Source of the DNA: Trypethelium eluteriae
Lineage: Eukaryota
NCBI GenBank assembly: GCA_051942245.1
Contig: JAVECL010000010.1
Span: 62,001 to 120,855 of the forward strand
Reading direction: 5' to 3'
DNA length: 58,855 bases
In this document: positions 20,968 through 33,590 of the stretch, piece by piece
Layout: every line of letters starts with the position of its first letter
Position numbering within the stretch: the first letter of the stretch is position 1
Notes under the pieces: generated by a model
Seen by the model: the letters and a program-made list of their open reading frames with translations, nothing else
What the model was told of the DNA's origin: nothing
Databases searched by the model: none
Translations under genes and position numbers: made by a program

Positions 20968-23900
20968 TCTAATATAGAATGAGATTAAATACTTCGGGTG
21001 AAATAGTCGGTGATGTGATGCTCGAACGATGTACAAAGCGAGGGGCCGAGAAGATGTTACCCTGGAAAAGTGAAGTTTGAGGCAATTTCGTATCTTCTGA
21101 GAAAAGATCAAGGTGAGGGTATCGATGTGATAGGCCAGCGTGGTGTCCAGCGGAGTTCCAGGCGAAATGCTGTGACGTAAAAGGGTTGGCAGAAAGAGAA
21201 GGGATGGCAATATATTGTCGATGATTTGCTCGGAAAGCGATGTTAGCGTGCGATGTGGTATACCCTAAGCTGCGAGCGTTGCTTATGTGACGTTACAAAA
21301 CTGAGTATCACCTGTTGGAAAGTGTGTGCAGCCGGCGAGATCAGATGAAATGAGAGCAATAGTAGCAATATGTGACTTGCTTCAAGTTTGAGCTCCGCCA
21401 AGAGATGAACCAGATAGGGATGCCTGAATAGTAAATGAGAAAGGTTCTACTAAATGTGGTACAGGCTTTCACGAATAGACTAGTGGTCCGGGCATGGCTT
21501 TGGTTAAAGGCTCAATGCTCTTTGAGGGATGATCGAAGACTGCGTGCCGCTATGCCGATTGGGACTCAGTCTCATGTATTCTTCATTTCGTTTCACCTAG
21601 GAAATCTGTGGACCACTTATGGGTTGAAGCAGAGTGCTCTTGATGATACTTGAAGTTCCAGAATTCTTAGGATCAAGGAAGCGTCCCGGCTCTGGGCCGG
21701 AGAATAAGAAATATCCTTGGCAGGAGAGTTAACTTCGGGCCTTGTTCTAAGTGAAAGGTCTGCAGGTATCATCAGTAGATTCACATAACAAGATGTGTAG
21801 TCATCGCTCTCGACTTGGGGCGAATGTGCTGCCTGGTAGATTGCGTAGCCTTCAGTTTTAGAAAGACGAGAACTTGATCAGAAAGCGATCGGAGGAAGGC
21901 ATGCTGGTCCTTCGAAGTTGCTTCCCATTGCTCATCTTGCAAGTTCACGTAATGACTCCTCTCGATTGAACTTGATTGATCATAACTTAGTCAAGACAAG
22001 TGTCATCACACAATTTGCACCTGTGATGAATGCCTTGACCAACCTCACATATATCATCCATAGTTTGGATCACTGAATTTTTCGTAGAATAAGCCTCGGC
22101 TAATTTGGCCATGAAGGGCTTCAGTGGTTCTCTAGCATGCATCGGCATGGTCGAATATATTGTGGTCGACGACAATCTCGTCCCAGGCGTACACCCCATA
22201 TAGAGCAGCAGAGAGTGTAGCAGTCACAATCTAGTTGACAAGTGCAACCGTAGGTATGCGCTCTCGAGACTCGCCTTTCAGATTGACCACATACCTCCCC
22301 CTAGCTCTCTTGACAGAAGCCAATGACAATGATGTCGAAGAAGCGTTCTAGTCATCGAGATCCAGAACCTAGTTGTCCGGCCTTAGTGTCGACGACATTT
22401 TGAGATTCTGTTTGGCGAGTAAGAGCTATTGAAGTGCCCAAAGAATTATTGACTATTGCGGGCATAGGAAGAGCCTTCCATCCTAGTTCAAACAAGTCAT
22501 ACTACCCATACAGCACCACCTTTGCGGTTTTTAGTGAGGTTTCTCGGACAGTTTGGCTATTGGTTTAGGCAAAGTCTTCGGCACTCCACTATGGTCCACG
22601 AACAATCTGGGGATGATGTGCAAGCATATGCGGAAACTCCAGCCGAGAACCTCCGTAGATCATACAAGGAAGTGGTGAAAGCCTCCACTCAGGTAATTTC
22701 AGAAGGAGCCCCACGTCGGATGGACACTTCCGAGGGATGCCTCTGCAAATTGTCAAGTTGGAACAACCTGCAGGCATCCATGAGTGTACATGCAATGACA
22801 ACTGGCGGTACCAGATTGGTGTCCTTCCCTTCAAATCCCATGAGAACCAACAATCAAGGTAGACCTCAGACCAATTTTATTCTTAATGCCTCTCCCATGT
22901 GTCCCCGGATGGAAGATGGAATCACGTTCGAGCTGTACGCATTCCAGATGATACAGGTAACGCAACTCAGTAGCTGAGTCAAGACTGAATGAGTTGAGAT
23001 TCGGGCTCCTTGGGCCGTTGCGGAAATTGATGGGGTTTTCGTTGGTCCTTGCCGAGCACAGCTGGTACTTATATTAGATACTTCTATCTTTCTCTGCAAT
23101 ACCCTTGATGAACAACATACCACGTTGGTAAAGCTCGTATCCGCAAACAATAAGTATAGGTAAGGCAACAATGAGAGACGTGATCCTGAGCCAAAGCAAT
23201 GTCTGTCAAATTCTCGGAGCTTCTAGGTCTGCATGGGCTAGCTCATACCTCCTAGATGCGCCCTTGTATTTCTCGGGCAGTTTCCCAGTTCTGACTACCT
23301 CTTCCGCTGCCTTTCTTCCCGCTTCTGTATCTCCCTGTCTGGAAAGCACATTGATGATGAAAGAAGTCCATGCTCTCACTGGTTGCAGACTCGCAGATTC
23401 GGGTTGTGGAATGTTTCTGCCTGAAGCCGTTCCTTTTGTCTGCTTGGCGTTCAGAGCCTCGGTCTTTAGAGAAGTCGATTTTGTCGCCGCCTTGTAGGGC
23501 AAAGGCTTGGAGGCAGGGTTAGGAGCTGATTTGGCGGCAGCTGAGGATGGAGAGAGACCGTTTGACTGAATTAGGGGGGTTGCATGTAGGCTTCTGCAGG
23601 TATATGCTGCAGGGCGTAAGGTGTCACGCAGGTCATTGAATTTCCCAGGGCAGTGCAGGAGGAAGGCTTGCTTTTCCATCTTCTGCAATTTGACCAAAAT
23701 TGGAGCTCTTGGGCTCAATGGGATTGGGAATTCTCTCATTGGTGATGGTGGGGTGCCCGTTCGGGTGATAGGGCTCGTTGAACGTTGGAGGGCAGAAAAG
23801 TGATTGTGCGGGATCGGCCGATTGGAGAGTATTCACAAGATTGGTCCACAGTGATTGAAGCTGGAGGTCTGCTCCGTACAATAGCACAATAGGGTGATAG

Positions 23901-24128
23901 CATTCACCGCCTCGCAGTGAAGATAGCCGTTTCTGGAGTGGTGTGTAATGGTGCAGCCACGTTACGTCAAGGCGCAGAGCCACGCACCCCCATCACGCCG
24001 CATCCCTCCCCATTCCACTTTCGACTTTGCTCCGCCCCATCGTATTTGAAGCCGAGCCTGCTCCACTACTTTTCTTACTTCGCTCAACGATTCGTTTCCT
24101 CAAGAGAAGATAGTTATCCAACTTCATC

Positions 24129-25307
24129 ATGCCCCCCTATCCTGAATCTCAGGAACGACGTCCTCGCGAGCGTGACGACCTTCCACCGCCGCCACCTCCG
24201 CCTTATCCCGGCGACCGAGAAGGCTACGACCCCAACAGCCAGCGACCACGACGCCCCCGTGGTTCACCATACGGCGGTTCTTCATCAGGTCCGGATATCC
24301 CTCCTCCACCTATCGGTCCATATGCTAAGCCGAAAAAAGGGTACGACCCCCGCCAACCCAGCTTTCCTGACGAGCGTTCCTACCTCAATGGCGAAGCTCC
24401 GGACCTCGAACGCAAGGTGTCGCCCCGCCAGCATGAATTCCGCCAGAAACGCGGTGGCTACGAGAGCGACGAAGGCGATGCCCTGAGACGATCCAAGAGA
24501 GGCAACGACGACGGCGGAAGGCCTCGACGTCCCAAACCAGACAATTTTGACGATGTACGGGACCCTCGTGACATTGAGCCCGAAGCCCACCGAGAGCCTC
24601 GTCGTGACGCTCCTCGCTTGCGACCCCCTCCTCCGGGTCAATCTCGAGGGAGCTATTATGACGAGGACCCAGCAGCAAGGGAACCCCCCGCCCCTCGCCG
24701 TCGCCACACTGAACGACCACCTCGGTCTCAGCCCCAGTACGATGATGATGACGAAGAAGATTACGGCCGTCGCCGCCGACCCCCGCCTCGACGCCGCAGC
24801 GACGATGACGAGACGTACGCCGACCGTGGCTACCGCTCTGACGGACGCCATGCCCGTCGCCGTGAGCCGCGCGAGGATCGGGGCTACCGCTCGCATGGTG
24901 AAGACGATCGACGCAACAGGCGCCGTGACAGCTACGACGACTATGATGGTGATTATGATCGTCAGCGACGTCGGGCTGGTCCGCGGGATGATCAGAGGCG
25001 TAGCGATTATGGGCGCCAGGCTGACTACTGGCGTGAGAAGAGTCGAGACCGAGATAGGGATCGAGACCGCAATCGGAAGGTCAGGTATGATGATGACGAC
25101 GATGATTATGACGATCGGGATCGTAGACACAGGGACAGAGACAAGAAAGGAAAGGATAAGGATAGGCGAAAGTGGAATGAGAAAGTCAATAAGGACGACT
25201 TTGGGAGATACGTCAAGACGGGCCAGAAGCATTATCAACAGTGGGCGCCAGTACTTCTGCCCGTCGCAAAGAGCTTGGCGAAGACATATATGGATTCGAG
25301 GAGATGA
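24129..25307 (+). CDS. Hypothetical Arg/Asp/Pro-rich low-complexity protein with a C-terminal amphipathic helix
   Basis: 392-aa ORF preceded by a CT-rich leader; PPPPY, RD/RE dipeptide tracts and terminal WAPVLLPVAKSLAKTYMD. Confidence 0.75.
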   Translation: MPPYPESQERRPRERDDLPPPPPPPYPGDREGYDPNSQRPRRPRGSPYGGSSSGPDIPPPPIGPYAKPKKGYDPRQPSFPDERSYLNGEAPDLERKVSPRQHEFRQKRGGYESDEGDALRRSKRGNDDGGRPRRPKPDNFDDVRDPRDIEPEAHREPRRDAPRLRPPPPGQSRGSYYDEDPAAREPPAPRRRHTERPPRSQPQYDDDDEEDYGRRRRPPPRRRSDDDETYADRGYRSDGRHARRREPREDRGYRSHGEDDRRNRRRDSYDDYDGDYDRQRRRAGPRDDQRRSDYGRQADYWREKSRDRDRDRDRNRKVRYDDDDDDYDDRDRRHRDRDKKGKDKDRRKWNEKVNKDDFGRYVKTGQKHYQQWAPVLLPVAKSLAKTYMDSRR

Positions 25308-25863
25308 GGTCATTTTCAAAGAGGCCGACAGTGGGTAGGGCGCGAAGGTGGGAAATACCTCTGCTCAATCATCAGATTGCTTATGGCTTGTCCATCTTTC
25401 ACAAAACTTTCTGTATTCATACTCTAACCTTCATTTCATGTTTACGAGTAACGACCTTTGGATACCAGGGAAAAGTAAAATGATCAAGTCTCTATTGGTT
25501 TATCTTGCATCTCTGTATTCTACGCCTCGTGTTCATAGTTCCACCGTGCCCTTATGCTCCATTTCCAACTCTGCAGATATCACATGAGGAGCCTCTGGAC
25601 GGCCCGAGGATGCATAGTAAACTACCTACCAAAGAAGTCAGGTGGCAGGGCTCTCCCTGAAAGACCGATCCCTTAAAAATGGACCTTTCACCCTCTTCCC
25701 AAATCATGTATTTTCTTGTCGTGTCCCTGTTCGTGGACGTTTACGACGGCTGAAATCAGCTACATCAACTTCATGTGATGAGCAAGGAGAAGCGACAGCT
25801 CCACATCTCGTATCAATGAGTATGCGCATATCCCGAAGAACCCAGAGCCCGTGTAAATAATTC

Positions 25864-27391
25864 CTATACATCGTCCCCACGATAATGCCCAGCAACCAAG
25901 AACGCCAACTCTAGTGCCTGCTTCTCATTGAGCCTCGGATCACAGTACGTGGTATAGTTGAGACTAAGATCTTCCTCCACAAGGCCTTCACTTCCTCCAA
26001 TGCACTCCGTCACCGCGTCGCCCGTAAGTTCGAGGTGCACACCGCCTAGGAAGGAGCCATGCTCGCGATGTATGCGAAGTGCGGACGCTACTTCGGAGAG
26101 AATGGAGGAGAAATGGCGAGTCTTGATGCCTGTAGGGGTTGACTTGGTGTTTCTGTACGCCATTAGATACTTTCTTTACGAACCTGATAGAAACCATGAC
26201 GCCTTACCCGTGCATAGGATCGCATTGCCAGACAACAGTATGACCAGTCGCCTTGACTGCCTCAATATGCGGACCGAGCATCGTTTCCACCTTACCCTCA
26301 CCGTAGCGCGTGATCAACGTCACCTTTCCAATTTCTTTATTCGGATTTACGATATCCAAGAGTTCGACGAGTTCATCGCTCTTCATTGAAGGCCCAACTT
26401 TGATGCCAATAGGATTTTCTACGCCCCGGAAGTATTCGACGTGTCCGCCATCGATCTGCCTGGTGCGATCCCCGATCCAGATGAAGTGGGCAGACGTGTT
26501 ATACCAGCCCTTACCATCGGCGTCTAGAGGACTTGAAACGATCTTCCGATTCTTCGGATGCTTCAATCTTCGTGTAAGTGCTTGCTCGTACTCAAGCAAT
26601 AAGCCCTCATGACTCGTGTAAAGATCCACTGTCTCAAGCTGCCCCGCGGTATCGGCGCCTATTGTACGCATGAAACGAAGCGATTCGGTAATACTGGAGA
26701 CGATCCTCGAGTATCTCGCTTGCAAAGTTTTATCTTTCACATGTCCAAGTTCCCAGTCGAGAGGGTCATGTAGGTCTGCAATACCCGATGAAATCTGCCC
26801 TCGAACATAGTTGAGCGTGGCAGCAGAATGGAAGTAAGCGCTTACGAGCCTTTCAGGATCTAGTGCTCGGGTATCTGGATGATAGCCATTGAGGATGTCG
26901 CCCCTGAATGATGGGACTTCTTTGCCATCAATGATTTCTGTGGGGCTCGACCGAGGTTTTGCGAACTGCCCAGCCATGCGCGCTATGCGAACTACTGGCT
27001 TATTTGCGCCCCATATAAGGACAAGGGACATCTGCAGGAGTAGCTTGATTTTGGAGTCGATTACAGAGTCTTCGCAATAGTCGAACAATTCCGCACAGTC
27101 ACCACCCTGAAGTAGGAATGCATTTCCGAGTGCGACCTCTCGTAGGTTGTTCCTAAGCGCGTGTATCTCCACTGGCGTGACTATCGGGGGTAACTTCTCA
27201 AGCTTCGTGATTGATCTCTGCACGGGGATTTGGTCTGGATATACTACTTCTTGCTTCACGGGCTTCTCTCTCCAAGACGACGGAGACCAACCCTTTTCAG
27301 AGGGTTCATCTTCTTTTAGCCCTTCGACAGTTATGTTCGTTTGTTTTAAGCTGCCATTAATGATAGCTCCATGAGGACCGTTAGATGCCAT
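25864..27391 (-). CDS. Class II DAHP synthase (phospho-2-dehydro-3-deoxyheptonate aldolase), 2 exons
   Basis: LLQGGDCAE, RMAGQFAKPRS, IWIGDRTRQ, WQCDPMHGNT (across intron 26153-26207), GGVHLELTG and CDPRLN. Confidence 0.96.
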
Positions 27392-28070
27392 GTTTTAAAA
27401 TATTCAGCTCCTGAGTCTTAGTATCTTACGAGTCGCTTTACTCGCCGGGATCGAGGTTGTTTCAAGTATTAAATTGCTGGCCTGCAGGTTCCGAAAAGGT
27501 AGCAAAGAGCAGATGAAATTGCCAACTTCCTTCAAAACGAATTATGAGACGTGAAACACATGCAGACTTCAGTCACGCTGCAATCCAGACACTTGCTGAG
27601 CGTCCAATATGCGTTCAATTGTAAGAAAGGTTCAAGGAGAAGAATGTTTTCAGGGAACACTGAGCGCCAGTGATTGTTTTGTAAAACGGCCAAGAATGTG
27701 TTCTCCAGTTGTGTGGGTGGATAAAATCCCTTGATGACTCTTTCATTCGATAATGGTACGAGTGTCTGCTGTGAGAAGCGCATGAATTACCACAGTTGCA
27801 TGGAAACCGAGCACAAGATCAAGGAAACAAAGATATCCTTAACGAAAGTCGATAGGCAACCCTTCAGTTTCAAGGAAGAGAAAATTAATCCTAAATTCCA
27901 AAAATCGGCAACGTTGCGGCAAAATTATCTCACCGAAGTATGAAAATCCGGGGAAAGCTCGCGACTGCCCCCATCGTTCTCGACTTCATCCACGGCTAAA
28001 TCCCGCCAGCTCACCACTGATCCCACCACTCTTCTTCCGCCTCAATCACTCAATTGCTGGCTCTTTCAAG

Positions 28071-28606
28071 ATGGCAGAGCCCCAACCTGCGAGCATCCAC
28101 GAGGGTGCTGACCCTGACGCAGCCGAAGCCTCCGAAAACCCCTCCGTCCCCGCCACCGCCGACGACCGCAAAGCTGCTGCGGCCCTCTCATCTCTCGAGA
28201 CGCACGGGGGCGCTGAGGATGAGGAGTCGGGGAGGAAGAAGCTGAATGTGGATGCTGATGCATTGGGGAAGGCGATGCGGAATCTGGAGATTGTGGCGGG
28301 GGAGAACCGGGGAGGGGCGAAGGGGAAAGAAGAGGTAAAGAAGGAGGAGGTGAAGAGAGTGAAGGTTGAGGCGAAGGACGTGGTCTTGATGGTAAGATTC
28401 GTGTCTTTTCATGTTAGCATGGGGTTTCGGGGCTTGGTTGGCATGAATAAGAAGTTATGGAGGAGATATCAATGGATCACACAGCTAATGGCAGCCTCCA
28501 GGTTGAACAATTGGACCTCTCGAAACTAAAGGCGACGGATTTGCTCAAGGCACACGATGGCGACCCAATCAAGGCAATGACGGCCTATGTGACTGCTCCT
28601 GTATAA
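28071..28606 (+). CDS. HYPK-like small protein with C-terminal UBA-like domain, 2 exons
   Basis: Intron 28392-28501 gives ...VKVEAKDVVLM/VEQLDLSKLKATDLLKAHDGDPIKAMTAYVTAPV*, a HYPK/NAC-type UBA pattern. Confidence 0.82.
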
Positions 28607-29237
28607 ACTCAAGTCCTTCCAAGCAAGTTTTACGCCGCGATATCCAAAGTCACCCGCATTGCAGGAGTTTGGGCTATCATAGATTCCATACTCACGCAAT
28701 TTAGCAAGAGCTAATTCGAAACATCAGTCAATTCTCGAGTAGATAATTTTGTTTGCCTTGCTCGTCCTCATCGCAGAGCATCATCAGCTGGCATGTAAAA
28801 GGAAGCCTGCAGGTCAAATGTGATCTACATCTAACCCGTAGCTCTTTTCTGCACGTGTAGGGAAAGAAAGGCTAATGTTTATGTATATATATCTTGGCAG
28901 TTTTTTTCTTTCTATTTTTCTTTTTCCCTTTTCGTAGTCCTTATTGAACAAGAGGGGAGAGCGGCGTCAAGTTTCCACTTGGCATCCTTTCCATCGCCGC
29001 GTCTTCTTGACGTCACCTCCTCTCCTAAAACCAAAAGAGACAGGGAAAGTTGGTCAGGTCAAATTACAAAGAATGGAATTTAGGACATGTCCTAAGTAAG
29101 ACCAGCACCCGCACTTTGGATCGCTAAGCGTATGATAATCCTGTCGAGGTCCACAATTTCGTTGGAGCTAAACTACGGAAACTTCACCGTGCACCTTTCG
29201 ATCCCAGTACTACCTCAGATATCTCACTAGAAGTAGC

Positions 29238-30301
29238 TCATGAGGTATCCCACACAGTTGAGAACGGCTCATGCCCATGTTCGCTGCGTTGGCCCTCCCA
29301 CCTGCTGTCTGTCCAAGATTCCGTTGAAGTCGAACTTGCGCTTGTGACGTAATATTCCCGTTCTTGGCCTTGTTCAGCTTCTTTCCATGGTTTGGCCTTC
29401 AGAACGTATTTGAGGATCTCAAGGACAGTTGGGATGGCGTTGCGTCCTTTCAGAGTGGATTTACCCATGTCGGGCTTTACTCTATCACGCTCAGGAGCAC
29501 CCCAGACTCCACCGTACTTTTCATGCTGCCAGCCTTGTCTAATCACATTACAGAGATGCCACTCGCCGGTCTTGGTAATGGTGAATATTACAAGCGGCTC
29601 CCATTGTATTCCATCGCTGCTCCAGTTTTTGGTAACGTAACTAAATTTACCGAACTGTGGGAAAATCAACATGGCTGTCGATAACGCTTGATGCGGAGGA
29701 AGGTGAGCCTACTTACAGCGACGTAACTGTTCTTGCGCACGATTGCGATGTGTTCATCAGCGGAAGCCCCCTCGCCAGGACTGCAGACGAGTTCGAAGTA
29801 TTTAATCTTCTCAAGATCTCCAAGCTTGATCACATCTTCTGGATCGTGTTTTTCAACAAGCAACATGATTGACGCTTTAGCTAGTTTCACCACCTCCGTA
29901 ACCATCACATTCTCTTGTGCTTTTGTCGTGCGAACTTCTGCACTGTCCTCGTTGGTCATGCGCTTATATTCTCGGCGGACCTTCTTGATGAGATCTTTGA
30001 AGTCGCGGTCTTCGTCTTCGTCTTCGTAGTCGGTGTATTCGTCCTCTTCCCCATCAGAGTCTCCAGTATTCTCCAAGGGCTCATCGGCTGAGATTGGTAC
30101 TGAGAAGGCCAAAGTGCCCTTGGCCTTGCTCTTTGCAGCCTTTCTCTTCGGCATTGGAATTTCAGAGTCGCTGTTCGCAGCACGCTTTTTGAGCCCTGCT
30201 GTGTTGCGGTCATTGATAGCGTTGATGCTACTACTGATGCCCTCGATAACAGAGCCCTTTGGGGAGGGGTCAGAACCCTCAGCGATGGATGAGCCCGTCA
30301 T
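29238..30301 (-). CDS. Hypothetical protein (2 exons)
   Basis: GTAAGT...CAG intron 29655-29716 joins ORFs 29666-30301 and 29238-29672 in frame (SYVA/FGKF). Acidic and basic N-terminus, Trp-rich C-terminal region. Confidence 0.65.
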
Positions 30302-30540
30302 GGTAGCGATGGCACTCCGAGGTCTTGAAATGATGAATGGAGTAAGCGATCAAAGGTGAAGGCAGAGAGTCAAGGAAGTGAGTGAGGTAGGAAAGAAGAT
30401 GAGAAGCTGTGGCATGTGACATCACCTCAAAGAGAGCTAAGAAGTGAGTCAAGTGATGGCATGTAAGAGGTTGGTGAAAGCGACAGTGAGGATCAATGCG
30501 TAGCTGTGTGTTCCGTCCCAGAATCAGAACGCTATATCCA

Positions 30541-33359
30541 CTAATCCTGCCTCCTCCGCCTGAACTTGAACTTCAACCCATCGCCCTCGTCGTCCTGTCG
30601 TGCTGCTTTCTGGCCACTATCTAACTTACTCCGTCTCTTGGGCTGTGGCATGGGCTCTATCTCTTCTCGCGCCGGCCTCTTTCCCTTACTCTTCTGCGTC
30701 TGCGTCTCCGCTCTCGATGTCTGCGTTGGATGCCGAATGCTCTCATCATGTTGGGTACTGATCTTGCCTCTTTCTCCAGCCCGCTCCTCAGCTCTCTGGT
30801 CAACTTGCTCGGTCTGTCTCGCTCGAATTACCTCTTCAGATTCAGACTGTTGGAATGGCTGGCCAACCTCGGCTTCCTGTCCCAAATTCTTGCTCCTGCC
30901 TTCACGTCGGCGGTACTTGTTTGAGTCTCCCTCATCTTCGTCCTGGGTCTGCCTCTGGCTTCGACTCTTCCTCGTCAGGCTCTGCGATTCCGTCCCTGCT
31001 CGACCCTCACTTGGAGTATTGCCCCAATTCTCTCCCCTTAGCCCAAAGCTCTTCCTTTTCACTTCCTCCATCGGGACAAATACCTTCTGCCGCCTTTTCT
31101 GTACCTCCTCGTCTTGTCCTCTTCGCCTAAATCCCTTGAAATTTTTCCTTCCATTCCAACGCTGGTCCCACCGCACATTATCCGGTCCCCTACCCTCTTG
31201 CCCATCACCGTTTCCTTCAGAAGGCCGTGATCGCATCGGTACTTCCATCGTGTCCACTTTCACCAATCCTTTCATGTCCTCGACAGTCAAACCATCAATC
31301 GCCAGCGCCTCTCTCAATGCTTCCTGATCTCGCTGAGCCGCCTCATCCTCAGCTTCTCGTCTGGAACGGAGTAGTGCATTGTAGTCAACATCCTCGACTT
31401 CCGTCTTCGGCTTCTTGGATGAAGATGGCTCTTCCTTGATCTCATCGCTTGCTTTGCGTTTCCCGCTCGTCTCTGGAGTAGGTGTACCACGTTCAAGGCG
31501 TCGACGTTTTAGGGCCGCGGCACCTGGGAGGAGATCATCGACCGCAGCTTCGGGGTCTGGTGATGGTGATAGAGGCCGTTTCTGGGTTACGGCGGGCTCA
31601 GAGGGTGACGCTGGCGTAATCGTAACTTTGGATCTGGTAGACTTTGCTGGAGCTGGGGTTGGAGATTGGGCAAGTTCTCGATTTTCTGTGATTGGTGGCT
31701 TGGAGGTAGGATGAGATTCTCCAAAGTCATCGAAGCCTATAAAACGGCTTGTGATGATTCCACGGCGCCCTCGACGTCGGGTTGTTGCAGATGGAGCCGG
31801 TTTGGAGGGGTGACGTGTGTCTTGCTGGGGTTGTTCAGCTTCAATCTGCTCAGAAGCTGACGATGGTGGCGCTTTCAGCTCCGGTGACGCTGCGGCTGAC
31901 CTGTTCTCTAGTGTGCTACCTTGCTCCTGTTCTGGCTCAGCGATACCCGAAGAGGATGCTTTCATTGAGGGGAGCTTTGCAACTTTCTCGCTAGTCGTTC
32001 CTCGTTCTGTCTCAATCTCGGCTCGATCATCGTCTTCAAGTGGCCGTCTTAGCGGACTGGCATTATTTTGGAGGATAGCGTCTAAGAACTCATTTTGCTC
32101 GACAGACCTCAATCCCAATTTCACATCCACCCGCTGTTGTAGGTTAGTCATCCAGTTAGACCACTCTCCCTTCGGCCGTAGTCGAACCACAACCACGCCA
32201 GTCTTCTGTTGGGTCGTATTCTGGAGCTCGTTGATGTCTTTGTAGCCCGAAACATTGGTAACATAGTCAACGATCTGGTCTACCGTAGTTTGACCAAGGT
32301 TAAGCTCATAGATCAAAGCTTTTCCATGTCCTTCGGTGATAGGAGCTTGTAGAGCATCGAATTGATCGGAGCTCAAGAAAACGAAGGTGAGTCCGCCGAA
32401 GACATCCGCCCTCTCCGGTCTTGGATTGAACGCTCCTGGTGGTCGTGGGATCGGTTCATTACCTGCAGGAGGTAGGAATGGTGTTGCATCAGGCCAATTA
32501 GCATCAAAGTCCTGCTCCAAAGATGATGGAAGTGGATCTGAAGGGTCTGCCGGATTTGGGATTGGAGTGGTTGCGGTAGCTATGGCATCGATGAAGCCTT
32601 CCGTCACAATTGGTTTAGCATTGATGAGAGCTTCAAGACCTTTGGTGGTATTACGTCGTGCCGCAACGACATGCGTGGTTTTTCCTACAATGTATTCGTG
32701 CACGGTCTTGATATCGAGGGGCTCGAGGCGATATTGATGCGGAGCGATGGGATCGTCGTCTGCGCGTATTTGCTTGCTTGGGAAGTTGAAAGAGAGAACT
32801 GCAGGGTTCCACTTGATTCTGCAGAACAACATTAGCTGTTGCTATACGAAGTTTTACCCACCCGATACTAACTTGAAAACGCATTCATAGCTTCCTAAAC
32901 GAAACTCGTGCTCGGTCTTGTCTAGAGTCCGAGTCTCCTTGGCAAACTTCACTCCGTCAAGCCAAGTCCCAATCTTGGAAAGCTCCTCAAAGGTAATGGT
33001 ACTTCTAGAATGAATTCTTGCCTACAAGAGTATTCAGCGAAGAGGAATGTAAGCAAAACCACCACGCTACTTACCCCACCACCTGGATTTACGGGACCGA
33101 CGTGGATAACGAGATGTTTTCGAGACACAGATTTATTTTCGATGGCAAATGAGTCTGAACCTTCTGATCAGAGGTACTGCTTGTCGAGCCGAGAAATTGA
33201 CTAACTCTTCTCTTCCTTATTCTGTGTGCGCCCGAAGATAGTTCGCGAGCCAGGCCGGAGCCACAGCCTTTTCCCTAATATTCATCTCAGCTTCTAGAAT
33301 GTCAACATTTCGTTCAACCTACCTCCCAGATGTGAGCCATCACATTCGATAGTCCACAT
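30541..33359 (-). CDS. NBS1: Nibrin/Nbs1/Xrs2, MRN complex subunit (FHA-BRCT), multi-exon
   Basis: Short 5' exons give MWTIECDG..GKRLWLRPG..FGRT..SVSRKHL..SKIGTWLDG (FHA). BRCT region (THVVA..NTTKGLEALI), Mre11-binding NGRKNFKGFRR and C-terminal LKFKFRRR. Confidence 0.92.
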
Positions 33360-33442
33360 CTCCAAGGGCGAATGAGTTCTGTAGCAATATCGAGGTTTGC
33401 GGAGCCGAGTAGAAATCGAAGTGGCGTCCATAATCTAGGCAG

Positions 33443-33471
33443 ACGCGCGTACCCCGCGCGAGCTCACGTGA
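33443..33471. promoter_or_regulatory. MCB-like CGCG elements plus E-box in a bidirectional promoter
   Basis: ACGCGCGT (33443-33450), CGCGCGA (33455-33461) and TCACGTGA (33464-33471) within the 231-bp gap between divergent ATGs. Confidence 0.6.
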
Positions 33472-33590
33472 TAGATCAGTCCCAATCGGGAAACATCATG
33501 ACTTCCAGTTCACTGTTTACATCCATCCCGCCATCTCAGCATCCTTAAGACTCGCATGGACTCCAATCGACATTCCTTTCTTTACTTCAA

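Noticed and set aside
9000..24000. Starship-type giant transposon as explanation for the accessory island
   Set aside because: No tyrosine-recombinase captain gene or convincing boundary repeats are visible.
24285..25338. Long overlapping 344-aa (-) and 263-aa (+) ORFs
   Set aside because: By-products of low-complexity GAC/CGA codon repeats in the RD-rich gene.
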